A model generated the notes under the pieces. That model was not told where the DNA came from and ran no database searches. It saw only the letters and a list, made by a program, of their open reading frames with translations. Of a DNA stretch of 64,000 nucleotides, positions 28,977 to 38,388 are shown piece after piece. Numbering within the stretch: position 1 is the stretch's first letter; each line of letters begins with the position of its first letter. The stretch lies in IMG/VR virus record IMGVR_UViG_3300021138_000014, positions 18,375 to 82,374 of that record; one strand, given 5' to 3'. The DNA comes from a virus. The translations under genes were made by a program, and so were the position numbers.

Positions 28977-30907
28977 TAATTACCCATTGCCTTTGCTCTA
29001 ATGTTGTCTGCATCAAGAATTGTTTTAATATCCGCAGCAAGTTGCTTAGGATCAACTTTCCCTGTTCCATTAATATTGATTGTTACACCACCATAGTTAT
29101 TAACAACACTTCCAGCCGTAGATTTTGTTGGGGCTGGTGTTGACTTTCCAGCATGTGGTGCTGGGGTAGTTGCGGCCGCGTGTGCTTGAGGCGTAGCCTT
29201 TTCAACGTGTGAAGCAACCGCTGGCGCAATATGTGCTGTGGCTGCAGGATGGTTTGCTGGCACAGGTACAACATGTGGAGGAGGAGGTGTTACCTTTGGA
29301 GTTGCTGGAGGGGTGATGTGTGGCTTTACTGGGTTTTTAGCCTCAGCAGCTTTTTTCTCAAGATCCTTTTTATGCTTCTTGTCTAACTGTTGTTTTGCAA
29401 ACCACGCTGCAGTACCAGCAGCAAGTGCGGTAGCAGCAACGGTTCCTCCACCAAACGTAACCGTATCAGCAACGGCTCCTACGGTCTCTTCACCAGCAAT
29501 AGCAACGCCTTCTTCAATTGCTGGAAGCGCTTCTTCCGTAGCGCTAACTCCCTCTTCACCATATTTGGCAACTTCTTTACCAATATTCTTGGCTTCTTTG
29601 CCAATTTGTTTGCCTTCTTTTTCAACAAGTTTTTCCGCGCTTTTTCCACGATCTTTAAACCAGTTAACAATTCCTTTACCCGCTTTAAAGATTCCCCCGG
29701 CACCGAGCGCTAATGCAGCGCCACCAGCAGCAATAAGTCCGCCACCACCGTTGGCTCCCATGGTATCCATAAAGCCCTTGCCTTCAAGAAGCATCTTTAC
29801 AAGAGGATTTTTAGAAAGTTTTTCAAAGGCATTATTGATATCAGAAATAGCAGTATTTGCTTTACGATATCCAGACAAAATATCTGATCCAGCGCCACCA
29901 GAACCGGATCCATATTTAGAAGCTTCTCGAGCAGCGCCAGATTCAAGATTAGCGTTGTTAATACCAGATTTCATAGCGCCAGCCTTAGTTAGTGGCGCAC
30001 CCATAGCCTTGGCACGTAACATGTTAACAATGGCTGTTCTGGTGTTAGCGTCTGTTCCGCTAAAATAAGTATTAAGGATAGAGTCAAGTGCTCCACCCGG
30101 TTGAAGAGACTCATCTAAATCAAACGGGGTGATTGCTCCAGCAGATCTTTTATTTGCCTCTAAGTACTTCCACAGATCATTAACAATGTCTGGGATTGGG
30201 CGCATCATGCCCTTTTTATCACGGATGTTAATTCCAATAATGCGCGCCATGTTAACGTTGGCGCCTTGATTCATTCCCGTTACAGTAGACGCCATCTGCC
30301 CACCAGACATGCCGGGGCTAAATAAAGATAATGCGTTATAACTTTTAGCAGCATTTCCATACGCCATACTTTGACCGTATGCTCCACCAGACATAGCAGC
30401 TTGAGCAGCGTCGTTCATGTTCATGTAGGTTCCTTGACCCATCATTTGCATGATTCGACTACGCGCACCACCGTAACCGCCACCCATAGCAGCGCCTACT
30501 TGACCAGTTAAAGTCTGGGCATCAAGTGTGTCATTGACGCTTGGGAGAACTCCCATAGCACCCATGGTAAGACCGCCAGCGATCTTTCCAATGCCGCCAA
30601 TAATTTTGGCAACCGCGCCCAATTTTCCAAGAATGTTGGAACTACCATTATTGGTATCACCCTCAGGAGTTTGAGTTCCCGTAGATTGTTGCAGGGAATT
30701 TTCAAGAAGGTTTCCACCATCTCCACCGCCACCGGGAAATGAACCCTTCATGTTCTTTGCTATTTGAGCAGAAAGATCACGAGTCTTTGTAAGTTCTGCG
30801 TTTAGTGTTTTAAAGGCAGAAGTGAGGTCGGCAACAAGCTCGGTCTTACGGCTAAATAAGCCGCCCGAGCCACCGATACCCATTGCTGAGCCAACGTCAC
30901 CAGCCAT
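28976..30907 (-). CDS. Tape measure protein
   Basis: Gly/Ala-rich helical protein following the chaperone; ends VTININ. Confidence 0.8.
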   Translation of the reverse strand: MAGDVGSAMGIGGSGGLFSRKTELVADLTSAFKTLNAELTKTRDLSAQIAKNMKGSFPGGGGDGGNLLENSLQQSTGTQTPEGDTNNGSSNILGKLGAVAKIIGGIGKIAGGLTMGAMGVLPSVNDTLDAQTLTGQVGAAMGGGYGGARSRIMQMMGQGTYMNMNDAAQAAMSGGAYGQSMAYGNAAKSYNALSLFSPGMSGGQMASTVTGMNQGANVNMARIIGINIRDKKGMMRPIPDIVNDLWKYLEANKRSAGAITPFDLDESLQPGGALDSILNTYFSGTDANTRTAIVNMLRAKAMGAPLTKAGAMKSGINNANLESGAAREASKYGSGSGGAGSDILSGYRKANTAISDINNAFEKLSKNPLVKMLLEGKGFMDTMGANGGGGLIAAGGAALALGAGGIFKAGKGIVNWFKDRGKSAEKLVEKEGKQIGKEAKNIGKEVAKYGEEGVSATEEALPAIEEGVAIAGEETVGAVADTVTFGGGTVAATALAAGTAAWFAKQQLDKKHKKDLEKKAAEAKNPVKPHITPPATPKVTPPPPHVVPVPANHPAATAHIAPAVASHVEKATPQAHAAATTPAPHAGKSTPAPTKSTAGSVVNNYGGVTININGTGKVDPKQLAADIKTILDADNIRAKAMGN

Positions 30908-30913
30908 TTAAAA

Positions 30914-31060
30914 TCACCTACGTCCCGTTCGTTGAATCCAGTTTTTACGTTCTCTACTTGACAATGATCGGATATCCGTCAATGTCCATCCTGTATAGCT
31001 CCGTGTTAGTGCTTCAAATTGGTCCAATAGGTTTACGTAATCTGCTTCGCTATACGCGAA
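30914..31060 (-). CDS. Tail assembly chaperone C-terminal extension (+1 frameshift product)
   Basis: ATG-less frame FAYSEADYVNLLDQFEALTRSYTGWTLTDIRSLSSRERKNWIQRTGRR overlapping the end of the upstream gene. Confidence 0.75.
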   Translation of the reverse strand, partial: FAYSEADYVNLLDQFEALTRSYTGWTLTDIRSLSSRERKNWIQRTGRR

Positions 31061-31856
31061 ACATTGCGGCTAGGGTCAACGACAAAGTAATATCCTCGCC
31101 GCATGACTCACAGCCCTTTTTCACCTCCCCAAGTCGTGGACCTGGGTTGCGTTCTAAGATTTGATCTACGATCATTTCTCGATCTTTCCAGCCAAGCTTT
31201 AGCACAGTTGAAGCGCCCATCGAAGGGGTAGTTCCAACTGATGTAATACATCCCGCTAGTAAAATTGTATTAAGTTCCGCTGCAGTTTTCTCGGAATTCT
31301 CTAACAACTTACGTTGTGTGACTCCATTAGGAAGGCTAACGCGAACAGGTCCCCACTTTGAGGATTCATGAATCCAAGAACGATCTTCAATAGGATCTTT
31401 AAGTTCTTTAACTGGGATGTCCTTGCTGATATCCACTTCTACTGGTTGACGGATACTGCAATGTGGGCAAGTGACCTCAAACGTAATATCCTTACCAAAA
31501 GTAGCGCGTCGAATACCTAGGAGGATTGCATCACGGTCTCCCGCAAGCAACGTATCTAAGTCTTCCTTTGTAGTTGGTTCTTGACCAAGCGCGATAAGTC
31601 CTCGCTGAAGCATCACCGATAAGGCGCGTCCAGTAGTTCCTGCTCGTGCAATAGTCTCTTCGTCTGCACCGTTTAATTCTCGAACTTCTGCATACTTGAC
31701 TAAAGCACCCTCCCGGTTAATAAAACCACCGGGTAGGGCAACTTCAGTATCAGAAGGCGTTTCAGTTATTACGGATTGAACTACGATTTCTTCGGACTCT
31801 AAAGCCTTTACCGCTGCGTTAATAGCGGCGGCGCTTGAGTTTAATTCTTCTGCCAC
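31050..31856 (-). CDS. Tail assembly chaperone / T4 gp26-like hub assembly protein
   Basis: VRELNGADEE, GDRDAILLGIRRATFG, CPHC...CESC; between tube and TMP. Confidence 0.8.
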   Translation of the reverse strand: MAEELNSSAAAINAAVKALESEEIVVQSVITETPSDTEVALPGGFINREGALVKYAEVRELNGADEETIARAGTTGRALSVMLQRGLIALGQEPTTKEDLDTLLAGDRDAILLGIRRATFGKDITFEVTCPHCSIRQPVEVDISKDIPVKELKDPIEDRSWIHESSKWGPVRVSLPNGVTQRKLLENSEKTAAELNTILLAGCITSVGTTPSMGASTVLKLGWKDREMIVDQILERNPGPRLGEVKKGCESCGEDITLSLTLAAMFRV

Positions 31857-31881
31857 GTTTTATGCTCCTTGTTTGTGTTGG

Positions 31882-32514
31882 TTACGCTAGTGCGATTGGC
31901 TTGTAATCTGAGGTTGTATAGAATACGGACAAGCCCTCGTGAACTAAGCCCATGGTTTCTACCATGATGCTATTGCCACCTGCGTCAAGATCTGAGTAGT
32001 TCAATGTTGAGATCCACGCGTTGTGTACGTAGAAGCCCATCATTGGCTTATTACCATCAGAAGATGTTGCTCCCGCGACTTCGGTATTTGCAGTAGATCC
32101 TGCTGCGTTTGGGTGATCCAAAACGTAGATCTTAAGGTCGCAACGGAAGTCCGTATTGGTTGTAGTATCCAAGTTTAGACCATCTCCTGCAGCCGCTGCG
32201 AAGAGGTACTTCATCCAGCGGATTGCTTGATCATTCTTGTAGACAACTCCACGACCCAAAGTAATTGGGTTAAAGGTTGTCATGCCAGGGATCTGATGGA
32301 TAGTGGTGTTGTAGCCACCTTCACGGTAAGCGATTGCCTGGGTGTTGATTCCCAAACCGCTAACGTTCACAAAGCCTCCGCTGAAGTCAGCGATCTTTGA
32401 ATCCGCTTTTCCGCCGCCGCTGGCATTGTTGAAGAACTCTACATAGAACCTAAACGAGCGTAGCGGATCTGTAGCTGCGGACGAGAAGCGATTAATTACG
32501 CTATCTGTTGCCAT
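31882..32514 (-). CDS. Tail tube protein (T4 gp19-like)
   Basis: DPLRSFRFYVE, YREGG, ITLGRG, NAW...SDLDA, L.HEG. Confidence 0.93.
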   Translation of the reverse strand: MATDSVINRFSSAATDPLRSFRFYVEFFNNASGGGKADSKIADFSGGFVNVSGLGINTQAIAYREGGYNTTIHQIPGMTTFNPITLGRGVVYKNDQAIRWMKYLFAAAAGDGLNLDTTTNTDFRCDLKIYVLDHPNAAGSTANTEVAGATSSDGNKPMMGFYVHNAWISTLNYSDLDAGGNSIMVETMGLVHEGLSVFYTTSDYKPIALA

Positions 32515-32529
32515 TATTTATTTCCTTCC

Positions 32530-34053
32530 TTAGGAGACAGTAACGGTGGCGCCACCGTCGAACTGACCGATTTTGATGATTACGAATTCAGCAGGACGCT
32601 GTAGTGCCACGCCAATTTCAATATTAAGCTGACCAGCATCAACCAAAGAGATTGGGTTAAGTTCTGCGTCGCACTTTACAAAGAACGCCGTTGATGGAGT
32701 TGATCCATTAAGACCACCTTGACGCCAGAAGTCTGTTAAGAAACTTGCTACTGTTGCTTCAACTTTACGCCACAACTTTGCGTCGTTAGGCTCAAAGATG
32801 GCAAACTGAGTAAGATCCTTAAGTGCTTTTTCCAAGTAGATAAGTGTGCGACGAACAGGTACATACTTAGCAACTGTTCCTGGAAGCAATGTGCGAGCGC
32901 CCATTACAACTACACCAGAACCTGGAATATAACGAATTGCGTTAACAGGTACGGCCGCTGAGTTCAAGGAATCTAGGTCAGCGTTCTTGATTGGGGCTAC
33001 ACCAATTGTTCCAGCAATTCGAGCCTGAAGACCCGCAGGAGCCTTGAACACGCCACGTGAAGCATCCGTATTCATATAAAGACCAGCAACAGCAGCACCA
33101 TTACCTACAGTTAGGGTCGCTCCAGCAACTGAAGTTGTTGGATCCTTAATGTAAAGGGGTGGGTAATAAACAGCACCGTAATTAGTTGCTGTGTATTGCT
33201 GAGCAAGTGCTATTTGATTTGCAGGTGTGTCGTTGATTCCATCAATAACGACAAACACATCTCCTCGATTTGAAGCATAACTAAGAGCAGAGTTGACATC
33301 TACATAATCAGTTACGCCCGGAATGTTAAGAACCAAAGAGCTGTTAATAATATCCAACTTAGACAAAGCATTTGTAATATCAGATGCTGTAGGCATTGCT
33401 CCACCTGTGTTGTAATCCAAGCCTCCAGCCAAGAAGATATTGCTGGCTGTAACAGGGTTACGAAGGTTAGTAGGTGACAATGGTGCAGAGGAACCATTAT
33501 CAATAGCAACAATATAGTTAGATTGAGAATTAATAACTTGAATAATGTAACGATTATCGGTTGAATCCATGCTTAAATCTGTGTAATACTCAAGAACTGT
33601 TACGGCTGTTCCGATTGTTTGAGCAACTGTAAGGTTTACATACCCTGTTGTAACAGAGTTAGTAATCGTTACAGAAAGGGTATTTCCCCATGCGCCGGGG
33701 TTAGCGGCTTGAATGGTAAGGGTAGTTGCAGGTGATCCATTACGGTCATTAAATGAACGCGTTGCAATTCCTGTGCTGCCGCTTAGTGATGGAGAAACAA
33801 CACGAAGAACGTAGCACTGGCTTCCACCATTTGAGAAAAAGAGTAGTACTGCATAGTGCAAAGTGTTGTTAGTTGTCCAGCCACCGTAAAGTGAAAGGTA
33901 TTGACTCCATGATGTTACAAGAGTCGGAGTTGTTGGACCCTGATAGGTAGCGCCGATGAATGCAGCGACAGACTGTGATGAGGTGCCAGCAACGGATGGA
34001 ATAGGGTTCAGGGTTTCCTGAACGTATACTCCTGGGCGTAAATATGTTGCCAT
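32530..34053 (-). CDS. Tail sheath protein
   Basis: PGVYVQE, RGVFKAPAG, GARTL, YVPVRR, FEPND, PAEFV. Confidence 0.96.
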   Translation of the reverse strand: MATYLRPGVYVQETLNPIPSVAGTSSQSVAAFIGATYQGPTTPTLVTSWSQYLSLYGGWTTNNTLHYAVLLFFSNGGSQCYVLRVVSPSLSGSTGIATRSFNDRNGSPATTLTIQAANPGAWGNTLSVTITNSVTTGYVNLTVAQTIGTAVTVLEYYTDLSMDSTDNRYIIQVINSQSNYIVAIDNGSSAPLSPTNLRNPVTASNIFLAGGLDYNTGGAMPTASDITNALSKLDIINSSLVLNIPGVTDYVDVNSALSYASNRGDVFVVIDGINDTPANQIALAQQYTATNYGAVYYPPLYIKDPTTSVAGATLTVGNGAAVAGLYMNTDASRGVFKAPAGLQARIAGTIGVAPIKNADLDSLNSAAVPVNAIRYIPGSGVVVMGARTLLPGTVAKYVPVRRTLIYLEKALKDLTQFAIFEPNDAKLWRKVEATVASFLTDFWRQGGLNGSTPSTAFFVKCDAELNPISLVDAGQLNIEIGVALQRPAEFVIIKIGQFDGGATVTVS

Positions 34054-34085
34054 AAGTTAATCTCCTTGGTAGATGTTAAATTGAA

Positions 34086-34718
34086 TTACAACGACTGTAA
34101 GCCCGAGGGGATATCCCCATTATTGATAATGTTGACCTGTTCGACTGGCGAACTGGCGTCTGCAACTTGTGCAGGAGTCATTTCGCTCATCACTCTAACG
34201 CTGAAGACGTTTTGAAATACTCGTCTCCCATCCTCGATACGGTCGCGCTTGACGAACCCTTCGAGAAACATATGTCGGACAACGGTTGTTCCGTCGCCAT
34301 TAGCACTCGGGATAGGTAGGAACCCATACTTACCCGGGATCTTTTCATTTAAAACTGAGTAGATGATTGCACGATCGTGGCGTGGGTGACGTGAATAAGA
34401 AGTTAGTTGATAAAATAAATCATAAACAACAGGAGCGTAATACTCGTAAGTTGTAGATCCGTCAGATACAACTGTTCCACGGTTAGTGTCATCTATCCAC
34501 ATACCCGAACTTTGACGATCAGTAGCTTGCTTAATGTCATAAAGTTCCATAACCATGTATGGGTAATCTTGTGTACGAAGCTCTACGTCTGGGTATCCGT
34601 AGTAAACCTTTAATGGTCGTTGAGCTGATCCAAAATCAGATATTGTAATACCCTGCATTAAAGTCTTAAGTGCCTTATCCTCGGCAAAAATAAAGGCGTT
34701 ATCAAGATTAGTTGTCAT
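34086..34718 (-). CDS. Tail terminator/completion protein
   Basis: Position upstream of sheath; P..YDLFYQLT motif. Confidence 0.65.
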   Translation of the reverse strand: MTTNLDNAFIFAEDKALKTLMQGITISDFGSAQRPLKVYYGYPDVELRTQDYPYMVMELYDIKQATDRQSSGMWIDDTNRGTVVSDGSTTYEYYAPVVYDLFYQLTSYSRHPRHDRAIIYSVLNEKIPGKYGFLPIPSANGDGTTVVRHMFLEGFVKRDRIEDGRRVFQNVFSVRVMSEMTPAQVADASSPVEQVNIINNGDIPSGLQSL

Positions 34719-35029
34719 GGCAAGATCCCCGTATCAAAGAGATGATTAATAGCGGCCTCGGCAATAGAATCAGCAAGCGCTGCCTGAGAACCAGAAATGA
34801 AAGGGCGTATTACAGAATTAGGTGAAACGTCTTTGTTGCCGTACTCGACGTCAAATATGTCACCCTCTTGCTCTTCTTGATAAGAGATCATGACTTTGCC
34901 ATCTTTTGCAACAACATCAATTTCATGATGCCAGCCTTTAGCCATGGCAGACTGTTTTAGTTTTGGATCAAGTTTATCTGCGGCTTGTTTTGCGGCCGCT
35001 GGTGCTAGTGAAGCAAAGTCAGTTGACAT
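34715..35029 (-). CDS. Hypothetical neck/tail protein
   Basis: GGAGGAG RBS before MSTDF; DVEYG...SVIRPF. Confidence 0.65.
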   Translation of the reverse strand: MSTDFASLAPAAAKQAADKLDPKLKQSAMAKGWHHEIDVVAKDGKVMISYQEEQEGDIFDVEYGNKDVSPNSVIRPFISGSQAALADSIAEAAINHLFDTGILP

Positions 35030-35162
35030 ATGTGACTCCTCCTGCGGCAATGCATGCTAAATGACCTTGTGACTTACGCAAGGTAGCAGACATCGCAAAG
35101 GCTCCTTTCGGAGTGGCAGGTACTTCTAGCAAGGGTGGTGCTTTGCCCCCCGCATGGGGACA
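35030..35162 (-). promoter_or_regulatory. Structured 5' leader of tail operon with a 24-aa uORF (35093-35019)
   Basis: Stems CCCC/GGGG, GCAAAG/CTTTGC, CTCC-GAAA-GGAG, ACCTTG/CAAGGT; AAGGAG-N8-ATG. Confidence 0.5.
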
Positions 35163-35177
35163 CTACAAGGGTAAATG

Positions 35178-35199
35178 AAAAAGCCCCCTTGCGGGGGCT
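35178..35199 (-). terminator. Rho-independent terminator
   Basis: AGCCCCC-GCAA-GGGGGCT + TTTT. Confidence 0.85.
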
Positions 35200-35205
35200 A
35201 AGTCA

Positions 35206-35397
35206 TTACTTCTTTTTGATCTTCTTGGCTAATGCCGCATCTTTTTTGGCATCTTCTTTAGCAGATGGCTTTTTTGCATCCATCTTCTTATCTTCTTTTT
35301 TAAATGCTTCTTTTTGCTTAGGGGACATACCTTTCATAAATTTTTGATCGGCTTTTTCGTCCTCTTTCTTAGTAAGTTTTTTCTTGTGGTGCGTCAA
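35206..35397 (-). CDS. Small Lys-rich protein
   Basis: TTG start inferred; THHKKKLTKKEDEKAD...KKIKKK. Confidence 0.7.
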   Translation of the reverse strand: MTHHKKKLTKKEDEKADQKFMKGMSPKQKEAFKKEDKKMDAKKPSAKEDAKKDAALAKKIKKK

Positions 35398-35398
35398 C

Positions 35399-35533
35399 TT
35401 ACTTCTTCTTTCCCATTTTCTTAAGGCCAGCAGCTGGCTTAGCAGCACCCTTCATATTTGCTGGTGCAGACTTCTTACCCTTGCCGTATCCAGCTTCGCC
35501 TTTTTTCTTATTGCAACCGCATGACATGCACAT
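35399..35533 (-). CDS. Small basic Cys-motif peptide (44 aa)
   Basis: Hand-translated MCMSCGCNKKKGEAGYGKGKKSAPANMKGAAKPAAGLKKMGKKK; GAAAGG RBS. Confidence 0.75.
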   Translation of the reverse strand: MCMSCGCNKKKGEAGYGKGKKSAPANMKGAAKPAAGLKKMGKKK

Positions 35534-35546
35534 AGTATTGCCTTTC

Positions 35547-35816
35547 TTAGTTAATAAGCCCCGTAGTATTGTTACGGATCGCTTCGAGTGGATTTAGATC
35601 AGCTTCTGTAGGGGCATCTGCTTTAAGGTCTTCAAGTTCCTGTTCAGCCTTCTTGCCCGCTTCAATAGTTGGTTCGACTTCGGCAGCTAGTTTATCAGCA
35701 GCTTCCATCTGTGCGAGGCGTGCTGCCTCAAGTTCAGGATCCGCACCTAGTAGTTCAAAATGGATGTGATCATGACTAGGAGTTGTTTCACCCTCAATAG
35801 GTAGTAGATCTGACAT
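35547..35816 (-). CDS. Small acidic hypothetical protein
   Basis: ORF coupled by TAATG overlap. Confidence 0.7.
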   Translation of the reverse strand: MSDLLPIEGETTPSHDHIHFELLGADPELEAARLAQMEAADKLAAEVEPTIEAGKKAEQELEDLKADAPTEADLNPLEAIRNNTTGLIN

Positions 35817-35950
35817 TACTTTTTCTTCGCTTTCTTCTTGACCTTAGGGGGGAGTTTCTTTCCTTTGGGAGTTTTATTCTCCCACTCTTTTACCATCTCT
35901 GGGTGCTGTGAGTACATAAATTGTCTCTGGGCTTGGGACTTAAACGGCAT
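35816..35950 (-). CDS. Small basic peptide (44 aa)
   Basis: Hand-translated MPFKSQAQRQFMYSQHPEMVKEWENKTPKGKKLPPKVKKKAKKK; TAATG overlaps on both sides. Confidence 0.8.
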   Translation of the reverse strand: MPFKSQAQRQFMYSQHPEMVKEWENKTPKGKKLPPKVKKKAKKK

Positions 35951-36459
35951 TATCCAACACTCCAGATGCTTAAGTTTACACTTGCTGTTTCAGGTCTGGC
36001 TGGGTTGGTTCCGGCAGCCGTATTAAGTAATTGAGGATAGGTATTAGTCGATGCCCACCAATAAAGTTGGATGTAGTCGCCAGCATTAAAGACAGCAATG
36101 TCTTGCATGCTTGCTAGGTTTTGTGCACCAGAAACTGCCAAGCTATATGTATATGAAGAGACAGTTGCGTTGTTTCCATTTACCGCATACCAAAATGTAA
36201 AGTTAGTTCCACCGCCACCACCATTAAGAAACATCTGGGCGTCTAAATTTATAGCGTATGCCCCAGCATTAGCAACGATGATTTTTCCACTTAATGCAGA
36301 TGTTCCCCCAGAAATGCCTTTTGCAACGTCTGTTGTATTAAACGTAATAAGGTTTGCTGTAGAAGTTCCACCAGTAGTTTGAGTAGTTGTATCGTAAAAC
36401 TCACCATAGTAAAGAACGGCTGGTGCATTGTTACTAATGTTATTTACTTTAATGCTCAT
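35950..36459 (-). CDS. Virion protein with C1q/TNF-like beta-sandwich (tentative)
   Basis: YGEFY, IIVANAGAY, NAGDYIQLYW pattern. Confidence 0.55.
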   Translation of the reverse strand: MSIKVNNISNNAPAVLYYGEFYDTTTQTTGGTSTANLITFNTTDVAKGISGGTSALSGKIIVANAGAYAINLDAQMFLNGGGGGTNFTFWYAVNGNNATVSSYTYSLAVSGAQNLASMQDIAVFNAGDYIQLYWWASTNTYPQLLNTAAGTNPARPETASVNLSIWSVG

Positions 36460-36767
36460 GCTGTTGTTACCATCAGTACAGCAACATTTGAAGACCCAGT
36501 TGAGATAGCGTATAACGCTGAACTTTGGCTTAGGCTATCGATAGTTACAGAAGATCCAGCAATAAGTTTCACTCCGTAAGAGGAGGAGGTCACTGTTGAT
36601 GCTCCCAAATAAACGGTAGCTGAAGGATCAACATTTTGCACGGATATAGTTCCGTATGCCCAAGTAGGATTTTTTTCTCCTGTTACGGAATCAGTAATAG
36701 TTGGATCTACGTTAAGTTGTACTGCTGTTGAACTGTTAAGCGCAACAACTGAATGGGTGAGTGCCAT
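36456..36767 (-). CDS. Small beta-rich virion protein
   Basis: VQN...VYLG...G..L.AG...LYAI. Confidence 0.6.
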   Translation of the reverse strand: MALTHSVVALNSSTAVQLNVDPTITDSVTGEKNPTWAYGTISVQNVDPSATVYLGASTVTSSSYGVKLIAGSSVTIDSLSQSSALYAISTGSSNVAVLMVTTA

Positions 36768-36775
36768 TTGTCTCC

Positions 36776-37336
36776 TTAGTTATTATGTTCTGGAAGTAGG
36801 TCATTTGTAAGAGGCGCCTGACTGTACAACCCAGCGTACTGCTGGAACTGCGGATCATTAACCATTTCTTCACTCATTACCTGAATACATTCAACAGACA
36901 AGAGCGCATATCGATCTTTAACAATTCCCCGTTGTTGAACCTTGATAGGTCTCCATATCTGATTCAACCACTCTATTCTCCCACGACCTTCTAATTGTGG
37001 GTTGCCAACTACATTTGGCATTATTCTTTCTACTTGCTCAGCGTCTAGGGTAAGGTGCAAGGTGTTCCCTGCATAGAAACCACGCTCAGACATATCGATT
37101 TCGCCCTGTGTAATAACGGCTCGGACAACAGGTAGATCGAACGGACCAAGCCACATACGACCGCCCGTGGCAGCGCCTACGTCATAGACTGGATCTTCTA
37201 CTGTATGTACGGGATCAAAGACCCACCATTTTGCGAGCGTTCCTGCTGGGCTTTGCACGTCTGAAGCAATGCCATCAAGAATAGCGTTAGTTTCAAAGTC
37301 GGAGTCGAAGCGACCGCCGGGGTTATAAGCTCGCAC
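36776..37336 (-). CDS. Head closure/neck protein
   Basis: Structural context; DPVYDVG...EEMVNDPQF. Confidence 0.55.
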   Translation of the reverse strand: MRAYNPGGRFDSDFETNAILDGIASDVQSPAGTLAKWWVFDPVHTVEDPVYDVGAATGGRMWLGPFDLPVVRAVITQGEIDMSERGFYAGNTLHLTLDAEQVERIMPNVVGNPQLEGRGRIEWLNQIWRPIKVQQRGIVKDRYALLSVECIQVMSEEMVNDPQFQQYAGLYSQAPLTNDLLPEHNN

Positions 37337-37344
37337 AACGCCTC

Positions 37345-38388
37345 CTACATACGATTATAAAATACAAGGTTACTCTGTAAACGAGCGTCTGAACTGTCAA
37401 GCGCTGAGGCTTTTTGCCCGTACTCTAGTGCTTTGTCTTTAATACCTAAGTTGTACGCAGCAATTGCCGCTAAATCCCACGGCCAAAAGTTCCAAGCCCA
37501 TGGCTCATTAAGATACTCCAAAGGTTTTTCTGTAATTGCCAACGCCTTTTCCGCGTATTCCAAAACCTTATCCCAAGATTGCTCTTTGTAATAGTAGTTA
37601 GCAAGTTCAACAAGAGGCTCACGAAGTCGGGGGCACTCTTCATGCGCTTTTACTAGCCACTGAACTCGTTCATCTCCAGCACAGCAGTTAGCCATATTCC
37701 TATAAGCCGCAGATCTTTCAGCATCCCATGTAGCGGTAGGTAGAGCCAAGAAATTTTTAAACGCCTCTTTTGCTTTGTCATATTGCTGGTGAAAGAACAA
37801 CTCCCGCGCGTAATAGTAGGCATTACGATCACCCATAGGATCTTCCTCTACAGCCAAAGCAAGCAGTGGTAAATATTGACCACGAGACTTCGTGTTATCT
37901 GGGTGATGGTGAATTTCAAGTGCTAGTTGCTCTTGCGTCTCCTGAATACGATCTGGGTAAAGGCTTTCATGAACAGGGTGGCGCCAACGGTAATTATGTC
38001 GCTTATGAATATGATCCCCAGCAAATTGAACTCCGGGCTTACCATTAGGCTGCCAACTCCATGTATAAAGATAACGGGGACGAGTAGTAGTGGCGGTCTC
38101 CATGATAGGGCGCCAGCCGGGCATAAGCATTTCGTCCATGTCTACAGAAATACAATAGTCAATATCATCTGGGAGAAGTGCTAAGGCAGTGTTGCGGGCG
38201 TCGTCAAACCGCCACGGCTTTATAGAAATAGAGACGACATTAATACCTAAGGCTTTTGCTTTTTCCACGGTGTTATCGGTGGATCCAGTATCAGCAATAA
38301 GTAGGTAATCGGCTTCTTTATTAGCGTTGTACCAACGCTCTACAAACTGCTCCTCATTTAGAGCGATTGTATAAACAGCAATTTTCAC
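37345..38388 (-). CDS. GT2 glycosyltransferase with C-terminal TPRs
   Basis: IALNEE, DTGSTD.T, FDDARN, VDMDE, PVHE, TPR helices YYYARE. Confidence 0.92.
   Translation of the reverse strand: MKIAVYTIALNEEQFVERWYNANKEADYLLIADTGSTDNTVEKAKALGINVVSISIKPWRFDDARNTALALLPDDIDYCISVDMDEMLMPGWRPIMETATTTRPRYLYTWSWQPNGKPGVQFAGDHIHKRHNYRWRHPVHESLYPDRIQETQEQLALEIHHHPDNTKSRGQYLPLLALAVEEDPMGDRNAYYYARELFFHQQYDKAKEAFKNFLALPTATWDAERSAAYRNMANCCAGDERVQWLVKAHEECPRLREPLVELANYYYKEQSWDKVLEYAEKALAITEKPLEYLNEPWAWNFWPWDLAAIAAYNLGIKDKALEYGQKASALDSSDARLQSNLVFYNRM

Noticed and set aside
29238-30068. 276-aa + strand ORF
   Set aside because: Antisense shadow of the Gly/Ala-rich tape measure gene; no RBS or motif
20902-34718. 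Extracellular contractile injection system/tailocin
   Set aside because: Terminase, portal, capsid and replication genes show a complete phage
35030-35162. c-di-GMP-I riboswitch or tRNA
   Set aside because: GCAAA and GAAA elements are not in the riboswitch arrangement; no cloverleaf or TTCGA T-arm
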